Shown one piece after another: positions 57,101 through 64,000 of a stretch of DNA of 64,000 bases (positions are counted from its first letter, which is position 1; the number at the start of each line of letters is the position of its first letter). The notes beneath the pieces are model-generated. The model was given only the letters and a program-made list of their open reading frames with translations. It made no database searches and had not been told where the DNA came from. This DNA comes from Histomonas meleagridis 2922-C6/04-290x. Its lineage: Eukaryota; Protista; Parabasalia. Made by a program: the position numbers and the translations under genes. The DNA is taken from contig JAANOX010000035.1 of NCBI GenBank assembly GCA_020184695.1, positions 248,001 to 312,000 on the forward strand, read 5' to 3'.

Positions 57101-58574
57101 TTTTGTTGATTTTATGTTTCAAAGTTTTTATTGATGTTAATTATAGGATATTAAATTGGAATTTTTGAATGAATGCATAAATGGAAATCTTGAAAATGTC
57201 AAATCAATTCTTGAGCATAATGGTGTTTATATTAATGCAAATATTTATTTCATCTATATGATTTTTCAAACAAAAATTTGGAAATTATTTTTTAAATTTT
57301 TTTAGTTTAAACTATATGCAACAGCACTTGTATTAGCATCTAGAAATAATCACACAGAAATAGTTAAATTACTTCTTGAACAAGAAGGAATTGATGTGAA
57401 TTCAAAAGACATTTATTTGTTTAATTTGATAATTGTTTTAATAATTTAATATTTCAAAATAATGTTTGGGAATTATTTAAATTATTTTGGACAGCACTTA
57501 TGGAAGCATCTGAGAATGCGAACACTGAAATTGTTAAATTACTTCTTGAACATGAAGGAATTGATATTAATGCTAAAGATATTTATTTGTTTATTTTGAT
57601 ATTTATTTTAATAATTTAATATTTCAAAATAATATTTGGAAACTATTTAAATTATTTAATACAGCACTTATAAAAGCATCATTCAGAGGAAATACTGAAA
57701 TTGTTAAATTACTTCTTGAACATGAAGGAATTGATATTAATGCTAAAGATATTTATTTGTTTATTTTGATATTTATTTTAATAATTTAATATTTCAAAAT
57801 AATATTTGGAAACTATTTAAATTATTTAATACAGCACTTATAAAAGCATCATTCAGAGGAAATACTGAAATTGTTAAATTACTTCTTGAACATGAAGGAA
57901 TTGATATTAATGCTAAAGATATTTATTTGTTTATTTTGATATTTATTTTAATAATTTAATATTTCAAAATAATATTTGGAAACTATTTAAATTATTTAAT
58001 ACAGCACTTATAAAAGCATCATTCAGAGGAAATACTGAAATTGTTAAATTACTTCTTGAACATGAAGGAATTGATATTAATGCTAAAGATATTTATTTGT
58101 TTATTTTGATATTTATTTTAATAATTTAATATTTCAAAATAATATTTGGAAACTATTTAAATTATTTAATACAGCACTTATGTGGGCATCTTGGAATGGT
58201 CATACAGAAATAGTTAAATTACTTCTTGAACAAGAAGGAATTGATATTAATGCCAAAGATAAAATTTTTATGTTTTATTTAATATTTCAAAATAATATTT
58301 GGGAATTATTTAGATGATTTAAAACAGCACTTATTATTTCTGTACTGAAGAACCGACAAGAAATTGTTGAATTATTACTTAAACAAGTATATATCGAAGA
58401 TATAGATATCGAAGATATTTCATTTTTATCTTTAATATTTCAATTTTTGAATTAAAATTATAAAATTTTATTTGGAATTTTTTATTATTCTTGCGAACAG
58501 CACACCAGATCGCTATTGAAAAAGGAAATATGGATTTATTATCATTGTTTGTTGGAACTGATGAAACGTTTTAA
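54181..58574 (+). CDS. DUF3447-like N-terminal domain plus about 20 ankyrin repeats, each linker interrupted by 17-nt spacers
   Basis: The 413-aa ORF is followed by 90-nt stop-free ankyrin blocks (TAL...EGIDINAKD). The frame is restored from 54181 to 56820 by 30 spacers and from 57321 to the TAA at 58572-58574 by 27 spacers. 56821-57320 does not parse cleanly. Confidence 0.7.
55411..56470 (+). other. Arrays of 17-nt spacers with 3-nt micro-exons (linkers NGV, EQGK, KGK, KYGN, KFGW, KKGQ, TLEK)
   Basis: Arrays at 55411-55470, 55561-55640, 55731-55790, 55881-55960, 56051-56130, 56221-56300 and 56391-56470; each is (17+3)x3 or (17+3)x4. Confidence 0.75.
57411..58496 (+). other. Arrays of 17-nt spacers with 3-nt micro-exons (linkers DNGW, DNGN x4, KNGK, NKGR)
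   Basis: Arrays at 57411-57490, 57581-57660, 57751-57830, 57921-58000, 58091-58170, 58261-58323 and 58417-58496. Confidence 0.78.
57524..58180 (+). repeat. Near-perfect 170-nt tandem repeat (one ankyrin block plus four spacers), about 3.9 copies
   Basis: acagcactta recurs at 57661, 57831, 58001 and 58171; the units are identical by eye. Confidence 0.92.
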
Positions 58575-58611
58575 ACATTTTACTAAACTTTTATATATTA
58601 TTAAATAATTA

Positions 58612-58613
<2 letters not shown>

Positions 58614-58645
<32 letters not shown>
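58614..58645. repeat. (AT)16 microsatellite
   Basis: Uninterrupted AT dinucleotide run downstream of the ankyrin gene. Confidence 0.9.
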
Positions 58646-58647
<2 letters not shown>

Positions 58648-58828
58648 AAACAATAATTGTTGTTATGATAATAAAATCATTAAACAATATCATACAATAA
58701 ATTTCTTTTATCTAAATATCTCAAAGTATTTTAGAGCTGTGGGAGTAATACAACTTTTCTTTGTAAACCTCAACATTGTCGTGTATGAATAAGAAATACT
58801 TAATTATGCTTAGAAGATATTGTTTTCA

Positions 58829-59692
58829 TCAAGAAATAATTGAATCAATTTCATTATTTAAATTATCCATTTGGTTAAAGAATTCGGTGAGTTCTTTCTT
58901 CTTTGTTTCAGCTTCTTTTTCAATCAAAACCAATTCTTGTTTTAATTTGTTTTCTTCTTCTAATAAATGTTCATTTTCTTGTTTGAGGAATTTAATTTTT
59001 TTCCCTTCTTCTGGAGCAATTTTACTTTCTTTTTGTTTCTTTGCATAACGAATTAAAATTCGTTCATACTTTGAAAGCAAAATATTTGTGTTATCAATTG
59101 TATTATTAACTTCATTAAGACATTCTTTAAGATTTTCATTCGATTTTTTGATTCGTTCAAAAATTTCTTTTTTTTCTTGATTTTGTTCATGAAGTTTTTG
59201 AAGTTCATCAGATGAACGATGCAATTCCTCCATAATTTTACTATATTCTTTTGCTTCTTGATTTTTTATTTTTTGTTCTTGATCACGAAGATTCGTAATA
59301 GCGATTTCTTCTTTTTTTAATAATTCTTGTTGAAAACTAATCTGTTTCATCATTTGATCGATATTTTCCCGGTTGGTTTTTTGTGTAATGGCATTTTGCT
59401 TTATTTTTTTCCATTTAATGTAAGTTTCGTATAATTGTGATTGAGCTTCTTCTTTACTAATTTCCGGAATAGATTCAGAATATAAACCAACTATCTCTTT
59501 TTTGAGATGTTGGAATTTATCTTCTAGAAACATAGCATTTTGTTCTGCTAATGATTTTTTTATTTGATAATTTTGTTGAATATTTTTTAATATTTCGTTT
59601 CCTTTCGTTAATTTTTCTTCGTATTCTCTATATTTTTGAAGTAAAGAACGAATTTCATTTATTTCTAGTTCGATTTGGTTATTTATGTTCAT
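58829..59692 (-). CDS. Coiled-coil protein
   Basis: 287-aa E/K/Q/N-rich heptad pattern; divergent from the dynein gene with only about 80 bp between the ATGs. Confidence 0.65.
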   Translation of the reverse strand: MNINNQIELEINEIRSLLQKYREYEEKLTKGNEILKNIQQNYQIKKSLAEQNAMFLEDKFQHLKKEIVGLYSESIPEISKEEAQSQLYETYIKWKKIKQNAITQKTNRENIDQMMKQISFQQELLKKEEIAITNLRDQEQKIKNQEAKEYSKIMEELHRSSDELQKLHEQNQEKKEIFERIKKSNENLKECLNEVNNTIDNTNILLSKYERILIRYAKKQKESKIAPEEGKKIKFLKQENEHLLEEENKLKQELVLIEKEAETKKKELTEFFNQMDNLNNEIDSIIS

Positions 59693-59772
59693 TTTGTTAA
59701 CGTACTCATTCTCTTAACGTTTACATTCCAATTTTTTTGTAATCTTCACAAAATTTCTCGTTATTGAGGGAA

Positions 59773-62700
59773 ATGAACTACAAGATCCAAGAGACAAAAT
59801 TAATTATTCCAAAAAGAAAAAAATCAACACACAAAAAGATAACAACCCCAATCAAAAAATCTCATGGATTATTTAACTCAAAAGATATTGATGAATCAAT
59901 TCATGAATTTGAAATGAATTCACCTGAATTAGAAAAAGATGGCGTTCTCCTTCGAACTCAAAATCCAAGTCTTGTAGTTCTTCGACAACAAAATAAACCC
60001 AGAACAATTACAGCGAAACCTAAAACAACAATTCCAAAAATTCCAACTCAAGTTACCACTTCCCTTTTATCCAAAAGACCAATTTCATATATTTCTCAAG
60101 AACCTCAAAAACAAATCAATATTTTTCAACAACAATTTTCGAATGAAGAAGAAGAATTTATTGAAAATCCAATTGAATATTTTTCCAAACAACCAGACAT
60201 AGATCCACATAAACTTATTTATTTAAATTATGCTGATGACAAAAATGATCCCAATTTTAATCCATACAAACTTATCAAAGTTTCGTTCTCAAAAATCAAT
60301 CCGGAGCATTTTATATTTTCAGCTGGTGGAATTTCACACGTTTGTCCTAATGAAAACACTGAACATTTTTCATTAGATCAATGGTATCATGAATCATCAA
60401 ATTATGAAGTCCTTCGAAACTTCAAAACATTTTCACATTTATTTCATTGGCGTACATTTCGAATATGGAAAAACTTTGTATTGAAGCAAAGATTTGAGCA
60501 AGTTAGTAATGATGTTTATTCGCATTCCATCATTAATAATTCTGTATATTATCAAACAACGTTACAAATATTAAAGAACTCATTTACATGTGAAACATTA
60601 CTTAAAGATTATTTACTTCCATTTTATCCCCAAAAGAAATATAAATTAAATCATTTTATAAAAATCAAAAAACAATATTATGAAATATTTGATGATTTAT
60701 ATTCAAAATTTATTGCGAAAATTATTAATGAACTTGTTCAACTCGATGATAGTATTCGTGATCCTTCACGCGTTGTAGTGAATGATTCCGATTTTAATGA
60801 AATTAAAAGAAGAAATCCGAATATGATACAATTAAAAATTCTCGAGCAAAAGAAATATTCCGAAGAATTACATCGGAATTCAGTGGTAAAAAAAGAAATA
60901 TTTACTGAATGCCAATTATTTAGAATGATCGATATAACAATACTTGAAAATTTAGCGAAAGGTTTATTAGAATGTTGGAAAAAAGCCGAAAATAATATAA
61001 CTGCGGAACTTTCTTCTATTTTTGAAGTCGAAGTTTGTTTTAATGAAGAAGGAAAAATTATTATTACTCCGTCATTAACAGAATTATTAAATTTAACTCG
61101 GTGTTCATTTGATGAAACAATTTTTCATGTAAATAATTTACCACGAATTATACAAAGCCAACAATTAAGGAATCAACTGCAAGAAAATATAAATGATTTA
61201 AATGATTTATTTGAAAATGGACCAAATTTCAATCAAATGGTTTCATCAAATACTTTATTCGATAGTATTAAATATCATGTTTTACATACAATTGAAATAT
61301 CTTATAAAGATGCAGAAGCTTTAGCTCAACAATATAATGAATATTATCCAATATATCATGTCGGACAAATTTGGGATCCAAATTCTTATTTATTTGAAAG
61401 AGGTGGAAATACAAAAATTATTAAATTATTTGAAAATGATGAAAATTTGGATGAAATAGAATTCGATTCACAAAAAGAACTAATTTTTGATTTTAACAAA
61501 GTAAAAAATGATATAAAACAATTTAAAAAAGATAAAGAAACTTTAACACAATTTAGAGTTTGTGCTGATAGAGGTTCACTTTATATTAATTCAAGAAAAC
61601 TTCGAAATAATTTAGTACAAATTCCAAATAAATGTTTAAATGATTTATTTGATTTAATTAATGAATTAACAAAAAATAAAATAAATAAATTACAAATGAT
61701 TTTTAATGGCTGTTTTAAAAAATTTAAAAACGATTCAAATGATCTTGATAATTATATCGATTTTTGTAATTTTGTTGATAAGACATCTTATTTAACACCT
61801 TTAATTTCTCTTGAAATTGATTTTATTGGTGATGCAATTAAAGTAATGAAAGAATTTGATAAGGATTTATTAAAAATTAATGAAGAAAACAAAAATTTAA
61901 TTATGCGTTTTCAAACTTATCAAAAATTACAAAAATCTGCAGCTTCAATAAAAGAAATTAAATTCGATAAATATAAATTTAATTTACTGCAAGAAATTGA
62001 TTTTTATCACAAAAAAATCAAAAAATATTCGAAAATGATTAAAAATTATCCGAATTCTATACAAAACATTGATGATTATATTAATACAATAACAAAAATC
62101 AAAAACAAAATTCAAATAATGGAACCAAAAATTAACAATTTAAAAGAATTTCAAATAACAATGAATCAAAAAATTAATGATTTTTCATTATTTGATGAAA
62201 TTAAATTTAACATTCAATTTATGGATGAAATAATAAATAATATTTCTAAATGGAATTTAATTTATAAAACAATTTCAACAACTTCATTAATAAAATTAGA
62301 TATTAACCAATTAAAATCGGATTTATTAGTACTTAAATCAAATATAATTTCATTAGAATCATTACTAAAAGAATCAAATCAACTCTTAATAGAATTAAAA
62401 GAAAATACCGAAAATATTATCTCTTTTATACCACAAATTGAACAACTTTCTTCTGGTCAAATGCAAATTCATCATTGGAATAAATTATTTGATGAATGTG
62501 GACATCCAAATAAATATTATCCGCAAATTAAAATATCGGAATTAATATCATTTGGAATATTAAAAGAAAAAGAAAAAATTTCAAATATGACTTCAATCTC
62601 ACAAAAAGAATCGCAAATCGAAACCGAATTTAATAATATATTAAAATATTGGAATGAAACATTAATACCAATAAATGAATCTAATTATGAAATTAATGAA

Positions 62701-64000
62701 GAAATTATAAAATTAGGAAATATAAATCAATTAAACCAAAAAATCGAAGATACGCAAATAAAATTAGAAGAAATGTTATTATCACCTTATATGAAACGAA
62801 TTGAAAATGATGTAAATCAATTAAATACAAAACTTGAAAACATATTTAAAATTATTAATATTTGGAATGAGTTCCAAATAAATTGGAATGTTTTAGAGCC
62901 AATTTTTGAAAAAGATGATATTAAATCAATTTTAAGTCAAGAATCAAAACATATTATAGAAATAAAAGAAAAATGGAATAATTTCATGAAATATTCCAAA
63001 GGAGATAATAATCTTTTTTACATATGTTCATATCCATCATTATTACAAATACTTAATGAAAATAATGAATTATGTAATAAAATCTTTGTTTCATTGAATA
63101 AATATATAAATTATAAAAGAAATAACTTACCAAGATTATTCTTCTTAAGTAATAATGAAATTATAACAATACTTTCAACTTTAGATTTTTCAACTTATGT
63201 TTATCATTTAGCTAAAATATTTATGAATATAAAGAATTTTGACTCAAGAGCTTTCCAAACAATTACTTCCGCAAGACAAAAAGATAAAACAACAAATTCA
63301 AAAATTCAAGATTTCTCTAATATGAAAATATATGGTTTAGTTGGTGACTCTGGTGATATTTTAACATTTGATCATCCTGTTCAATGTAAAAATTCATTAG
63401 AAGATTGGCTTCCTCAATTATTAGAAAATTCTCGTTCTTCTTTTAAGTCAAATCTTTCGTTAGCAATATCGAAATATCAATCAAACAATTTCATTGATTG
63501 GTTATTAACATTTAATACAAATATAATAATTTTATCATTACAAATTATATTTACAAATGAAGTAAATTTATGTTTTAAAGAAAATTCGTTTTCGAATTTA
63601 AGTCAAAATTTACTTCAAAAGATTCAATTAATTTCTAAAACAATGGTAACACCATTAAATGCAACAGAACTAAATAAATTATCATGTGTTTCAACTCTTT
63701 TAAATCATCAGTTACAAAAAATCAAATCATTTAATGAAAATTATCAATTTTATGATCCGAAAATTAATTGGGATCAAGAATTACAATTTATATATGATGA
63801 AAATGAAACGTTGCTTTATCTAAAACAAAATGATAATCAAATTGAACATGGATATGAATTTTTTGGTACAACTCCAAAATTTATATATTTTCCATCATCT
63901 GAAAAAGCTTTATTAAATTTAACGAATAATATTATTAATGATAATTATTCGCTTTTATTTGGTTCTGAATTAATTGGGAAAAAATATATTATTAAATATT
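59773..64000 (+). CDS. Divergent axonemal (inner-arm-type) dynein heavy chain, 3'-partial
   Basis: Open frame from the ATG at 59773 to the window end, missed by the ORF track because there is no stop. Motifs: FNPYKLIKV..EHFIFSAGGISH, WRTFRIWKNFV, QIHHWNKLF, WNEFQINWNVLEPIF, PRLFFLSNNEIITILS and EHGYEFFG. Confidence 0.85.
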   Translation, partial: MNYKIQETKLIIPKRKKSTHKKITTPIKKSHGLFNSKDIDESIHEFEMNSPELEKDGVLLRTQNPSLVVLRQQNKPRTITAKPKTTIPKIPTQVTTSLLSKRPISYISQEPQKQINIFQQQFSNEEEEFIENPIEYFSKQPDIDPHKLIYLNYADDKNDPNFNPYKLIKVSFSKINPEHFIFSAGGISHVCPNENTEHFSLDQWYHESSNYEVLRNFKTFSHLFHWRTFRIWKNFVLKQRFEQVSNDVYSHSIINNSVYYQTTLQILKNSFTCETLLKDYLLPFYPQKKYKLNHFIKIKKQYYEIFDDLYSKFIAKIINELVQLDDSIRDPSRVVVNDSDFNEIKRRNPNMIQLKILEQKKYSEELHRNSVVKKEIFTECQLFRMIDITILENLAKGLLECWKKAENNITAELSSIFEVEVCFNEEGKIIITPSLTELLNLTRCSFDETIFHVNNLPRIIQSQQLRNQLQENINDLNDLFENGPNFNQMVSSNTLFDSIKYHVLHTIEISYKDAEALAQQYNEYYPIYHVGQIWDPNSYLFERGGNTKIIKLFENDENLDEIEFDSQKELIFDFNKVKNDIKQFKKDKETLTQFRVCADRGSLYINSRKLRNNLVQIPNKCLNDLFDLINELTKNKINKLQMIFNGCFKKFKNDSNDLDNYIDFCNFVDKTSYLTPLISLEIDFIGDAIKVMKEFDKDLLKINEENKNLIMRFQTYQKLQKSAASIKEIKFDKYKFNLLQEIDFYHKKIKKYSKMIKNYPNSIQNIDDYINTITKIKNKIQIMEPKINNLKEFQITMNQKINDFSLFDEIKFNIQFMDEIINNISKWNLIYKTISTTSLIKLDINQLKSDLLVLKSNIISLESLLKESNQLLIELKENTENIISFIPQIEQLSSGQMQIHHWNKLFDECGHPNKYYPQIKISELISFGILKEKEKISNMTSISQKESQIETEFNNILKYWNETLIPINESNYEINEEIIKLGNINQLNQKIEDTQIKLEEMLLSPYMKRIENDVNQLNTKLENIFKIINIWNEFQINWNVLEPIFEKDDIKSILSQESKHIIEIKEKWNNFMKYSKGDNNLFYICSYPSLLQILNENNELCNKIFVSLNKYINYKRNNLPRLFFLSNNEIITILSTLDFSTYVYHLAKIFMNIKNFDSRAFQTITSARQKDKTTNSKIQDFSNMKIYGLVGDSGDILTFDHPVQCKNSLEDWLPQLLENSRSSFKSNLSLAISKYQSNNFIDWLLTFNTNIIILSLQIIFTNEVNLCFKENSFSNLSQNLLQKIQLISKTMVTPLNATELNKLSCVSTLLNHQLQKIKSFNENYQFYDPKINWDQELQFIYDENETLLYLKQNDNQIEHGYEFFGTTPKFIYFPSSEKALLNLTNNIINDNYSLLFGSELIGKKYIIKY

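Noticed and set aside
57581-57664. Canonical GT-AG intron from the GT in ttGTttatttt to the AG of acAG (Thr-Ala codons)
   Set aside because: A 76-nt removal leaves 94 nt per unit (out of frame) and destroys TAL. The GT is absent from many arrays.
57524-58180. CRISPR-like repeat-spacer array
   Set aside because: The context is eukaryotic, the units are identical coding ankyrin repeats with no unique spacers, and there are no cas genes.
55561-58496. One single 68-nt intron per linker (retaining I-Y-F-x)
   Set aside because: It restores the frame but puts Phe at the invariant Gly position and does not explain the GGA/GGG fixed 20 nt before the Thr codon. The 4x17 model gives the canonical Gly and also explains the 17-, 34- and 51-nt cases.
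44932-58574. Ankyrin spacers as sequencing or assembly artefacts
   Set aside because: The inserts are 17-68 nt, of varied sequence, position-specific, found on both strands and in different subfamilies. Long-read indel errors do not look like this.
1-64000. tRNA, rRNA, canonical GTATGT...ACTAACACACAG introns, transposase or Maverick genes
   Set aside because: None were recognised on manual reading. The ACTAAC matches seen lie inside ORFs and lack the ACACAG end.

Overview
Very AT-rich, gene-dense eukaryotic DNA. It looks like a parabasalid (Trichomonas/Tritrichomonas/Histomonas-type). Evidence: TCATTTT initiator-like motifs just upstream of ATGs, intron-free housekeeping ORFs, a BspA-type surface LRR, a TKL kinase and DUF3447-like ankyrin families. 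The species is inferred, not identified. About 24 intact or reconstructable protein genes are present: threonine dehydratase, TOR-like PIKK, UBX protein, TKL kinase, AEC-family transporter, Cys-rich repeat protein, CNOT10-like, CDC48-like pseudo-ATPase with a DPF/FG tail, BspA-like, cyclin H-like, NAE1/ULA1, CARMIL-like LRR, MYG1, a 7TM protein, ankyrin-RING, proteasome beta1, a partial dynein heavy chain and several hypotheticals. There are also several ankyrin pseudogenes. I saw no rRNA, tRNA, CRISPR array or recognisable transposase. Main observation: the ankyrin genes that the ORF track shows as fragments are interrupted at one site only, the beta-hairpin linker D-x-x-G-x-T. The interruptions are arrays of precisely 17-nt, U/A-rich, non-GT-AG spacers, often separated by single 3-nt codons (20-nt periodicity). 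Removing the 17-mers restores the frame and canonical linkers (KD-DNGN-TAL, KD-KYGN-TAL, KD-EQGK-TPL, NKD-G-ETP), and it rebuilds a complete 678-aa ankyrin-RING ORF from an otherwise intact gene. More than 80 such units parse cleanly by hand. This suggests an undescribed ultra-short non-canonical intron or recoding system with 3-nt micro-exons. The mechanism cannot be determined from DNA alone.
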